From Candidatus Aminicenantes bacterium RBG_19FT_COMBO_65_30 (GTDB lineage: Bacteria; Acidobacteriota; Aminicenantia; Aminicenantales; Saccharicenantaceae): DNA of 53,851 nucleotides. Made by a program: the position numbers and the translations under genes. Below, piece by piece: positions 9,893 to 18,463 of this stretch (positions are counted from its first letter, which is position 1; each line of letters starts with the position of its first letter). The stretch covers positions 892 through 54,742 of the forward strand of contig MEYF01000018.1 in the NCBI GenBank assembly GCA_001775755.1, given 5' to 3'. The notes under the pieces were generated by a model. The model was given only the letters and a program-made list of their open reading frames with translations. It made no database searches and was not told the DNA's origin.

Positions 9893-11638
9893 TCAGTACC
9901 GCCAGCTTTTGATGTCCGAGCCCGGGGGCGCCGTAGCCTCGATCCGCGTGACGATTCGCGGGATGTACATCTGGTGGTAGCGGAGGCGCGAGATCGCGTT
10001 CGGCCGGTCGTGGTCGCCGTTCCAGCAATGCTCGGCCCGGTCCCCGTAGTCGACTTCGCCCGCGTAATACGGAGCTTTCGTGCTTTCAAGGAACGCCTCG
10101 GCGAGATAGACGGCGTTGTTCAGGTAGTAGTTGTCCATGTCGCCGACGTAGATGTGGATCTTGCCTTCGAGCTTCGGGCCGAGCGTCTTCCAGTCGCGTT
10201 CGAGGATATGGACGAGGTCGTAGTTTTCTTTCCAGTACTCGGCTACTTCGCGGTCGATCTCTCCCGTGAACTTATCCCAGATCGGCTTGGGATAGCCGTC
10301 CCCGCCGACGGGCCCGAACACCGCCTGCCAGATGTCCCATTGGTCGCCCGACCGAGAATGGGTGCCCAGCGCGAGCTCGCGATGGCCGGTCTCCTCCAGG
10401 GTCGCGCTGACCTCGCCAAGGTAGTTGCGGAGAGCGGGCCGCGGCGTTTTCTTCCAGGGACTGTCGACGAAATAGGCGTTCCGGTGTTCATAGATGTTGA
10501 CGATCGTGTAGGCCCGGAAGTCGATCGGGTCGGGGCAGGAGGCGAAGCAGCCGTTGAACTCGTCGGGATAGAAAACCTGGGCGGCCAGGGCCTCCCAGCC
10601 TCCCGTTGAGCCGCCGTAAAGGAACCGGGCCCAGCCCCGGCCGAGGCCCCGGTACTTTTTTTCGATATGGGGGATGAGCTCGCGGACGATGGCGTCGCCG
10701 TATGGGCCGAGGTTGGCCGAGTTCACGGCGTAGGAATCGTCGTAGTACGGATTGGCGTGCTGGATCTCGACAAGGATGACCCGCGGGAAATCCTTGCCCG
10801 TCCACTCCTTGTAGAACTGGTGGGCGTACTCCTCCTGGATCCGGTTGTAGCCCGAAAGGCGGAAGCGCTCGCTGTAGTCGGGTTTGAGGTTGGCGTCGGG
10901 CGGCGTTTCCCGGAAGCCGCCGAAGGTGTACGGGAAATGGCCGTGGAAAATGACCAGGGGATAGCGGGCTTCGGGGTGTTCGTCGAAACCCTCGGGCAGG
11001 AGGATGCAGGCCCCGAGGTGCATGGGTCGGCCCCAGAACCTCGTCAGCAGACCGCTTGGAATGCGCTCGTGGCGGATGTATTTCGTGTCCTTGGGCGGCT
11101 CGATGGGCGGGATCTCCTTGTCGAGGACGAGGCGCACGGTCTCGGTCCGGCCGGGATCGATGGCGAGCTTGCGGGGAGCGCAGTAGAGGTTGCCGGGGGC
11201 CGCGTTCCAGCGCTGGCCCTCGCCGCGGTCCATGGGCAGCTTGACCGTGTGGCCGTCGGAGCGATGGAAGGTTTCATAGCGGTGGAGGAGGGCCTGGATA
11301 TGATATTCGCCGGCCGGCAGCTCGGCCAGGCTGCGCAGGGGATAGCCGAAGGCGGAAGCGTCGATGACCGCTTCGGCGCCCGGCGCGAGGCCCTCGACGT
11401 CGACGCCGAAAACGAGCTGGGTCGCGGGGCCGTCGCTGATCTGGAACCGGGGCTCGGCATCGCCGTTCGTCGACAGGAGAAGGAGCATCCGGCCGTCGAG
11501 GGGCGTTTTCGAGCGTGCGCTCGGGAAGGACACGGCGAACCTGACCTCGGCTGGGGAGGCGAGCGGGGTCGCCAGCAGAATGACGGCCGCGGCGAGCGGC
11601 GGCGCCCAGGGGAGGAAGCGGAGACGAGGCTTTTTCAT
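9893..11638 (-). CDS. Secreted alpha/beta-hydrolase (putative esterase)
   Basis: GGSTGG nucleophile elbow; YAVNSANLGPYGD; signal peptide; AAGGAGG RBS. Confidence 0.8.
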   Translation of the reverse strand: MKKPRLRFLPWAPPLAAAVILLATPLASPAEVRFAVSFPSARSKTPLDGRMLLLLSTNGDAEPRFQISDGPATQLVFGVDVEGLAPGAEAVIDASAFGYPLRSLAELPAGEYHIQALLHRYETFHRSDGHTVKLPMDRGEGQRWNAAPGNLYCAPRKLAIDPGRTETVRLVLDKEIPPIEPPKDTKYIRHERIPSGLLTRFWGRPMHLGACILLPEGFDEHPEARYPLVIFHGHFPYTFGGFRETPPDANLKPDYSERFRLSGYNRIQEEYAHQFYKEWTGKDFPRVILVEIQHANPYYDDSYAVNSANLGPYGDAIVRELIPHIEKKYRGLGRGWARFLYGGSTGGWEALAAQVFYPDEFNGCFASCPDPIDFRAYTIVNIYEHRNAYFVDSPWKKTPRPALRNYLGEVSATLEETGHRELALGTHSRSGDQWDIWQAVFGPVGGDGYPKPIWDKFTGEIDREVAEYWKENYDLVHILERDWKTLGPKLEGKIHIYVGDMDNYYLNNAVYLAEAFLESTKAPYYAGEVDYGDRAEHCWNGDHDRPNAISRLRYHQMYIPRIVTRIEATAPPGSDIKSWRY

Positions 11639-11712
11639 GGGACCCTCCTTGGAGGAATAGCGGCGTTCTTCAGGAGGGGAAAATAACACAGGAAAGCCGG
11701 GCTTGTCGACGT

Positions 11713-12729
11713 CTAACCGTTTCCCTGCGGGTGGCAGGAGTAACAGGCCTGGGAGCTGTAGGAGTATCCGGTGACACCTCGGTGCTCGTTGTCCATGTCC
11801 GTCTGGTCGTGGGCGTGGCATTCGAGGCAGCTGAAGACCCTGTAGTCACTCGTCCGGTGGCATTCGGAGCAAGCGACTGCGTGCCTTCCCGACTGGATGG
11901 GGAACGCGTGGTCGAAATTCGCGCCCGTCCAGCCGGTCGCCGATGTCCCGTGACATTCCGTGCAATCGAGGGGGAAACCGGAAGCGCTGTGGTTGGGGTC
12001 GGTCGTGCCGTTGTAGTCGGCGAGATGGCAGGAGGCGCAGGCCGGGGAAGTCCCCGCGTAGACGCCGTTCTTGTGGCAGTCCGAGCAGGCCGCCGACGCG
12101 TGCGCCCCCTGGAGGACGAAATCCGCGTGGTTGAAGGAGGCGTCCTCCCAGGCCCGCTGGCTGTGGCAGGACGGGCAGCTCGTCGGAAAACCGGCTTCGG
12201 CGTGATTCGGCTCCCGGGTTCCCAGGTAGTCGGATTCGTGGCAGGAATAACAGTCGGTCGGCCGGGGAGCGAAGCCGCCGCTTCCATGACAGGCCTCGCA
12301 GTCGAGAGTCCGGTGGATGCCCTCGAGCCGGAATCCGGCATCCGTCTCGTGGTTCCATTTTGCCGGGTCGACCTTCTTCCAGGATTGAGGCGTGTGGCAG
12401 TCGGCGCAGCGCGTGCCGAGGCGGAGGCCGTACCGGTCGTCCTGGCGGCGCTGCCAGTGGCAGACCTCGCAGTCCGTTGGGGTGCCCTCGAAGACGAGAT
12501 TGAGGTGACACTCCCGGCAACCGAGCGTCCGGTGCTTTCCGACGAGGGGGAAGTTCGTCCGGTCATGGGACTCGACCGTCCCTTCCTGGCCGGCCTTTAC
12601 CGCTTTGGTGCTTCCGCCCGTTTTCTCTTGTCCCGCGCCCCTTTGAGCTCCGAGGACGAGGAAAAAAGGGATGACGAGTGCTCCTGCCAGGGCGATGACC
12701 AGCCCGGCTTTGCTGCGAAGTCGGTTCAT
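11713..12729 (-). CDS. Multiheme c-type cytochrome, 12 CxxCH motifs
   Basis: Counted CRECH, CEVCH, CADCH, CEACH, CYSCH, CPSCH, CSDCH, CASCH, CTECH, CSECH, CLECH, CYSCH; N-terminal signal/anchor; repeated H..F.L.G.H....CxxCH modules. Confidence 0.95.
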   Translation of the reverse strand: MNRLRSKAGLVIALAGALVIPFFLVLGAQRGAGQEKTGGSTKAVKAGQEGTVESHDRTNFPLVGKHRTLGCRECHLNLVFEGTPTDCEVCHWQRRQDDRYGLRLGTRCADCHTPQSWKKVDPAKWNHETDAGFRLEGIHRTLDCEACHGSGGFAPRPTDCYSCHESDYLGTREPNHAEAGFPTSCPSCHSQRAWEDASFNHADFVLQGAHASAACSDCHKNGVYAGTSPACASCHLADYNGTTDPNHSASGFPLDCTECHGTSATGWTGANFDHAFPIQSGRHAVACSECHRTSDYRVFSCLECHAHDQTDMDNEHRGVTGYSYSSQACYSCHPQGNG

Positions 12730-12736
12730 GGCTTCC

Positions 12737-14035
12737 TCAATGGCTCCTGTAGATCATCCTGACGAATAGAAAGTGCTCGTTGAGGCCGGACTGGAGGAAC
12801 CCGCCGTATTCGATGGACGCCGAGAGGCCCCGGCCGAGCCGGATGAGCGTCCCGAGCGATACGTTCCTGTAATTGTCGAGATGGATGAGCTGGGGGTCGC
12901 CGCCGCTCGAGTCGAGGCGCATGCCGTTGAAGGAGTTGGAGTAGCTCCCGTTCAAGGAGAACCGCCCGAAGTCCTTGGTCAGGGAAATGTAATAGGTGTC
13001 GGATTCGGACAGGTCGCCCCGGTTGAGGGCGTAATCCCCGACGGCGGAGATGCCCTGTCCGAGGATGTTCCAGGCGGAGGCGCCGAACCGCCAGGTGTGA
13101 TTGCGGACGCCGAGGTCTTTTTGCTGGCTTTCTTGGCGGCTTACGGACAGGCGCACGGTCCGTGTCGGCTTGAGGCTCAGCCGGACGCCGTAATAGCCCG
13201 TGTAGTAGAACCGCTCGACGTTCTGGTCGTAGATCGTCGGGTCTTGGGAGGCGGCGATGAGGTAACCGTGGAAGTCGAGGCCCCGGCCCGAGCTGTAGCT
13301 GGCGGTCAGGTCGGCCCACCGGCCGAGGTCCAGCCGGATGTTCCCGAAGAGTCGCGACAAACGGTTCGTGCCGTCGACGTGGTTCCCCAGTTCGTATTCC
13401 GCGTTCCCGTAGAAGACGAAGATCTTCCTGACGGGAAGAAAGACGTTGGCGTAGGCGTACTGCCGTTCGACGCTGCCCTCGTACCTCAGGTGGTTGAAGG
13501 TGAGGCCGATCGTCCGGCCTTGCGGGCCGAGCCAGCGGACGAAGGCCCCGGCCTTGAGGTACTTCGTGTCGAGGCGGTTGATGTAAGGCGTGGATTCGAA
13601 CCCTCCGTACGCTCCGGCCATAATGTCCCAGTTGAGCTTGAAGCCGGCTACGCCGCCGAGGAGGGAGCCGATCCCGGCGGTGTCGTAAAGGTTCATTTGG
13701 CCGAGCGCGAGATAAAAGCGCGAGCCGGGCTTATCGTAGGTCAGACGGGCGTTGTAGAGGATGAGCTGGTTCGTCGCGTCGCCGCGGATGCCGATACGGT
13801 CCCGGGCGTCCACGGTCAGGGTCCAACCCTGGCCGGGCCGGTTGATGAGGTCGAACCTGAACCTGGCGGAAACCTGGTTGAAGAACGTCCCGTCGGAATA
13901 GCGCGAACCGTTCCAATCGAGATAGATCGTCCCCTTCTGGTAGAAGGAGGCGCCGGAGGACTGACCGGCCAAGCGCGTCCCGGCGACGAGAAGCGCCGCT
14001 CCCAAGAGGACAATCGCCGGTTTTCGCAGCCGCAT
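12737..14035 (-). CDS. Putative outer-membrane beta-barrel protein between two multiheme cytochromes
   Basis: Signal peptide; no Cys; Gly/Tyr/Phe/Arg-rich alternating strands throughout; C-terminal HFLFVRMIY strand. Confidence 0.7.
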   Translation of the reverse strand: MRLRKPAIVLLGAALLVAGTRLAGQSSGASFYQKGTIYLDWNGSRYSDGTFFNQVSARFRFDLINRPGQGWTLTVDARDRIGIRGDATNQLILYNARLTYDKPGSRFYLALGQMNLYDTAGIGSLLGGVAGFKLNWDIMAGAYGGFESTPYINRLDTKYLKAGAFVRWLGPQGRTIGLTFNHLRYEGSVERQYAYANVFLPVRKIFVFYGNAEYELGNHVDGTNRLSRLFGNIRLDLGRWADLTASYSSGRGLDFHGYLIAASQDPTIYDQNVERFYYTGYYGVRLSLKPTRTVRLSVSRQESQQKDLGVRNHTWRFGASAWNILGQGISAVGDYALNRGDLSESDTYYISLTKDFGRFSLNGSYSNSFNGMRLDSSGGDPQLIHLDNYRNVSLGTLIRLGRGLSASIEYGGFLQSGLNEHFLFVRMIYRSH

Positions 14036-14038
14036 GGT

Positions 14039-14605
14039 TCAGTCCTTTGCCCGCCGGCGATCGACCGTCCAGCTCTCCTGCGTGTGGCAGGCCAAGCAAT
14101 TATCCTGTCGGCCCGGATGCGGGGGATTGTGACAACCCCGGCAGCCCGGAACCTTTAGCAGGTAGGATTTGCCCTGGGTTCTGGGGTAGGTGCTGGCCGG
14201 CGTGTGGCAGGCTTCGCAATCCTTGGTCTTCAGATGGGCGCCCTGGAGGTCGGCCCCGGTTTCGGCATGATCGAAGCTCGCTGGCTCGAGGGGGACTATG
14301 TTCGCCTGACGGCCCTGATGTTCGGCGTGGCAGACGGCGCAGTCGTCGGCCTTGTCGCGGTGATAGCCCTTTTGGGCGGCGACGCGGGAGGCGATCTCGG
14401 CGTGACAGGCGAGGCATTTAGCGGGGGACACCTTGCCCGCGGCCACGTGACACGCTGAGCAGTCGGTCTCACCCGGCTTAGACGCATGGGCTGCGCTCAG
14501 GGGGCCCGGGATTTCCTGGGCGCCCGCCCCCCGGCCCAAAGGGGGAGCCATGGAAGCGGCGACAGCCAGGGCGAAGAGCGGGACGAACAGGCTGGTGATT
14601 TTCAT
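14039..14605 (-). CDS. Multiheme c-type cytochrome, 6 CxxCH motifs
   Basis: CSACH, CLACH, CAVCH, CEACH, CRGCH, CLACH; six additional His as candidate distal ligands; signal peptide; PGPLSAAH start motif. Confidence 0.95.
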   Translation of the reverse strand: MKITSLFVPLFALAVAASMAPPLGRGAGAQEIPGPLSAAHASKPGETDCSACHVAAGKVSPAKCLACHAEIASRVAAQKGYHRDKADDCAVCHAEHQGRQANIVPLEPASFDHAETGADLQGAHLKTKDCEACHTPASTYPRTQGKSYLLKVPGCRGCHNPPHPGRQDNCLACHTQESWTVDRRRAKD

Positions 14606-14651
14606 TCCTATTATTATTATATATCCTATAGAATTAATATGAGGCTGTCAA
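14606..14651 (-). promoter_or_regulatory. Sigma-70 promoter of the cytochrome/barrel operon with AT-rich leader
   Basis: Minus strand TTGACA-N17-TAGGAT followed by ATATAATAATAATAGGA-ATG. Confidence 0.65.
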
Positions 14652-14830
14652 CCGCGGCCCGGCCCTTGTGCCCCGGGCGCGGTGGGAAATTCCTCCCGGG
14701 GTTCACCCTTAGGGGTGATTGACCGGGGCCGGGGGTGAGCCGGATGATAGGGCTGGAATAGGCTGAAGAACTCTTGTCCGGGCGGTTCCGTGTTATAATC
14801 CGCCCGGCGCGCTTTGAAAGGAGCCGGCCC

Positions 14831-16150
14831 ATGGCCAAGATTTTGCTGCTCGATTTCACAGAAGCCGAAAGAGACCATCTCGTCTCCCAGAAATACGACG
14901 TCGAGACCCGGACGACGGGCTGGACGACGGGCGGGGACGAATCCCTCAACCTGCCCGACGATAGCGAGATCGTCTTCTATCAGGTCGGCGGCGGGGCCGC
15001 AGCGGGCCGGGCCGACCTCCACGCCGGAGTCCACGAAATCCTCATGGCGAGGGTGAAGGAAGGCGCCCGGGTCGTCTGCTTCATCGGCGGCGGCGACACG
15101 CGCCAGCTGACGAATATCATCGGGCCCGTCGCCGGACTCCAGATCAAGGACAGCGTCCGGGCCGACGCCGTCGTCTTCAGCCCCCGCGCCCTGTTCCACG
15201 CCCCCTTCGAACGGTTCAAGCCCTTCATCGCCAAGGCCTTCCGGCTCCTCCCCGAGACCTTCGCCGACGGCGTATGGGAGAAAGAGACCGCCACGTCCGG
15301 CAAGTTCGAATTCCTGGCCAAGACGACCGACGGCGCGCCCGTGGCGATGATCCTGAGGAAAGGCAGGGGCCATGTCCTCCTCCTGCCTTCGTTCGGGCCG
15401 AAGAACGTCGAGGTCGTCGACTCCATCCTGAAAGACAAGCTATCGCTCGGCGCCGAGCTCCTCGATGAGCCGGCCGGCGATTGGCTCGACGCCGACGACT
15501 ACGCCTTCCCGGAGCTCAAGGCCCTGGCGGCCAAGCGGGACGAGGAGAAGAAGCGGTTCGACGAGGTCCTGGCCGACTACGACCGCCAGATCAAGGACAT
15601 GAGGGCCGGCGGCCAGGAGGAATTCCACCGCCTGCTCACGGGCGAGGGGGCCGTCCTCAAGAAGGCCATCGTCCATGCGTTCCGCTATCTCGGCTGGGGC
15701 CGGGTGGTGGACGTCGACGAGTATTGGAAGAAAGTCATCCGGAACAAGGAGGAGGACGCCTGGCTCATCGAGCCCGGCGACTCACCCGTCGAGGTCGGCA
15801 TCCGCAAGGGCGAGCTCGTCATCGTCCTCGTCCGGAGCAATAAGAACTGGGCAACCGACGATGAGTGCGCGCTCCTTCAGAAGTACAAAGGCCGGCGGAT
15901 GCAGGAGTTCGACAACACCCGGATGAAGGCCGTCCTCGTCGGCAACTACTTCTCCGCGACCGAGGCCAAGATCCGGGAGAATCCGTTCTCCGCCTCCCAG
16001 ATCGAGGAGGCCCAGAAGGACGGCAACGGCCTGCTCGCGACCTACGAGCTCTTCCGGGCGATCAAGGCCGAGAAGGAAAGCCGCATCTCCAAGGACGCCA
16101 TTCGCGAGCAGATCAAGCTCAAGACCGGCCTGATCACGTTCGAGATCTGA
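14831..16150 (+). CDS. Hypothetical protein with coiled coil and C-terminal restriction endonuclease-like region
   Basis: Host-like codon usage; TGTTATAAT promoter and AAGGAG RBS; C-terminal EEDAWL...LVRS...QKY...KAVLVGN pattern. Confidence 0.7.
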   Translation: MAKILLLDFTEAERDHLVSQKYDVETRTTGWTTGGDESLNLPDDSEIVFYQVGGGAAAGRADLHAGVHEILMARVKEGARVVCFIGGGDTRQLTNIIGPVAGLQIKDSVRADAVVFSPRALFHAPFERFKPFIAKAFRLLPETFADGVWEKETATSGKFEFLAKTTDGAPVAMILRKGRGHVLLLPSFGPKNVEVVDSILKDKLSLGAELLDEPAGDWLDADDYAFPELKALAAKRDEEKKRFDEVLADYDRQIKDMRAGGQEEFHRLLTGEGAVLKKAIVHAFRYLGWGRVVDVDEYWKKVIRNKEEDAWLIEPGDSPVEVGIRKGELVIVLVRSNKNWATDDECALLQKYKGRRMQEFDNTRMKAVLVGNYFSATEAKIRENPFSASQIEEAQKDGNGLLATYELFRAIKAEKESRISKDAIREQIKLKTGLITFEI

Positions 16151-16286
16151 GGCCCGCGGCCCCCGCCCCAGGCCGTCCCATCACTGACCGGGCGGCAACG
16201 CGCACAGTTTGACCCCTTCTTGTTTGACCGTTGTGGTCGATTGTGCTACAAAAGAAGGCTGCCGATATCCGGCGCGGGAGAGAGAA

Positions 16287-16943
16287 ATGAAGAGAACGGA
16301 GAGGCACCACCTTCAAGAAGACGGTATGGCCCACGGGCTGAACTGGCTCGTCGAGACGATCAGGAAGTATCGGCGTGAGATCGTCATCGTCGCCGGGGCG
16401 CTCGTCTTCGCGGCCGTCGTCTTCGGCGCGCTCCTCCTCGTCCGTTCTCACGGGCGGAGCGTTCAGAGCCGGGCTATCGGGGAAATCGGCGACCTCGCCG
16501 CCGAGGTCGTTCTGAAACCCGAAAAGCTGGCCGACCTGGAGAAGCTCGCCGAGAAAGGGCGCACCGCCCGCCTGGCCAACATGGAACTGGCCAGGTACTG
16601 GGCTGAGAAGGGCGATTGGGCCAAGGCGGAATCGTACCTGGGCCGGATCGCCGACGGCAGGAAGGACCTCCTTCATTACCAGGCCGAGGACCTCAAAGCC
16701 CAAGTCGCGCTGGGGAAGAAGGAGTTCGACAAGGCTATCGCCATTTACAAAAAGATCGGCGACGAAAAGCCCAAGGTCTATCCGCTCGACGCCGCCCTGT
16801 TCCACCTCGCCGAGAGCCACGAGCTCAAAGGCGAGACCAAAGAGGCGCTGGACCTTTACAAGAAGCTCCAGGAGGAGTACGCCCAGTCCTACTACGGCTA
16901 CGAGGCGTCCCTCAAGGTCGGCCGGCTGGGGCTCCAGAAATAG
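16287..16943 (+). CDS. YfgM-like membrane-anchored TPR protein
   Basis: MKRTERHHLQED N-terminus, single TM helix, TPR-like helices. Confidence 0.75.
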   Translation: MKRTERHHLQEDGMAHGLNWLVETIRKYRREIVIVAGALVFAAVVFGALLLVRSHGRSVQSRAIGEIGDLAAEVVLKPEKLADLEKLAEKGRTARLANMELARYWAEKGDWAKAESYLGRIADGRKDLLHYQAEDLKAQVALGKKEFDKAIAIYKKIGDEKPKVYPLDAALFHLAESHELKGETKEALDLYKKLQEEYAQSYYGYEASLKVGRLGLQK

Positions 16944-17231
<288 letters not shown>

Positions 17232-17256
17232 TCCCTCATCGATCGGGCTAGTCTTG

Positions 17257-17292
17257 AAGGAGGAGTGAACGGGCTTCACTCCTCCTTTTTTT
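17257..17292 (+). terminator. Rho-independent terminator after ferredoxin
   Basis: AAGGAGGAGTGAA-CGGGC-TTCACTCCTCCTT stem followed by T run. Confidence 0.85.
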
Positions 17293-17301
17293 CTTGGGAC
17301 C

Positions 17302-18264
17302 ATGAATGACGCGTCGGTTGGCGAAAGGCCCTGGCTGAACGGGCTCCTCTTCGTCCTGACCATCCTGTCGACCTGCTTTGCCGGACTCGGCTGGAGCGCG
17401 AGCTATCTCTATCTCGACGGCGGCGCCGCGTCCGGGGCGGACTTCGTCGCCGGGGCAGGCCGCGCGTTCACTGATCCCCGGATCTTCCCGCTGAGCGCCC
17501 TCTATGCGGCCGCCCTGATGACCATCCTCGTCGGGCACGAGCTCGGTCACTACTTGACCTGCCGCCGCTACGGCATTCGGGCGACGCTGCCCTTCTTCAT
17601 CCCCGGCCCTCCGTTCATCGGGACCTTCGGGGCGTTCATCCGCATCAAGTCACCCATCCGCTTCAAGCATCAGATCTTCGACGTCGGCGCCAACGGTCCG
17701 CTCGTCGGATTCTTCCTCGCCCTGCCCGCCCTGGCCGGCGGCCTGGCCTTTTCGAGGGTGACGGCCTATATCCCCGCGGCGGATACCATCTCCTTCGGCG
17801 AGCCGCTCCTCTTCAAGCTCCTGACGGCCCTTTTCTTCGGGAGGGTCCCCGAGGGTTCGGCCCTTATCCTGCACCCGGTCGGCTTCGCCGGCTGGGTGGG
17901 ACTCCTGGTCACGGCCATCAACCTGGTGCCGCTCGGCCAGCTCGACGGCGGGCACATCGCCTACGCCCTTCTCGGAAGGAAGGCCCGGTTCGTCTCCAGG
18001 ATCATGGTCGGATTCCTCGTCGTCATGGGCGTCTTTTTCCACATCACCTGGCTCATCGTGGCCGCCGTGATCCTCTTTTTCGAATTCAAGTCGAAGTCCC
18101 GCATGAAACACCCGCCGGTCATGGATGAGGACGCGCCGCTCGACCCGAAAAGGCGGTTCCTGAGCGTTCTCATCGTTCTTATTTTCATCCTGTCCTTCAT
18201 TCCCGACCCGGTCAAGGGCATGGGATTGTTGAGTGTTATCAAGGGCGCGCTCGGAGCCGGATGA
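17302..18264 (+). CDS. Site-2 protease (M50) family metalloprotease
   Basis: HELGH, GTFGAFI and NLVPLGQLDGGH motifs; multiple TM helices. Confidence 0.93.
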   Translation: MNDASVGERPWLNGLLFVLTILSTCFAGLGWSASYLYLDGGAASGADFVAGAGRAFTDPRIFPLSALYAAALMTILVGHELGHYLTCRRYGIRATLPFFIPGPPFIGTFGAFIRIKSPIRFKHQIFDVGANGPLVGFFLALPALAGGLAFSRVTAYIPAADTISFGEPLLFKLLTALFFGRVPEGSALILHPVGFAGWVGLLVTAINLVPLGQLDGGHIAYALLGRKARFVSRIMVGFLVVMGVFFHITWLIVAAVILFFEFKSKSRMKHPPVMDEDAPLDPKRRFLSVLIVLIFILSFIPDPVKGMGLLSVIKGALGAG

Positions 18265-18387
18265 CGGAGCGCGATGACAGCGAGCCGGCCCGGATTTTTA
18301 CACAACATTTGTGGAAAAGTTAATGTCCGGCCCTGCTTGAACATAACTCGGATTGCACAAGAATTCATCATGGCCGCAATTCGGGCG

Positions 18388-18416
18388 TTTTCAATGAGTT
18401 AACAGCTCATTGAAAA
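18388..18416. repeat. AT-rich inverted repeat
   Basis: TTTTCAATGAG-N7-CTCATTGAAAA, perfect 11-bp arms. Confidence 0.8.
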
Positions 18417-18463
18417 GACTGATGTTGTGGCGTTAATATAATGGAGGGCCGAAGGAGGCGCGC

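Noticed and set aside
18300-18430. Possible NrdR boxes (ACACAACATTTGTGG, GATGTTGTGG)
   Set aside because: One base short or half-match only, wrong tandem spacing, and no ribonucleotide reductase gene nearby.
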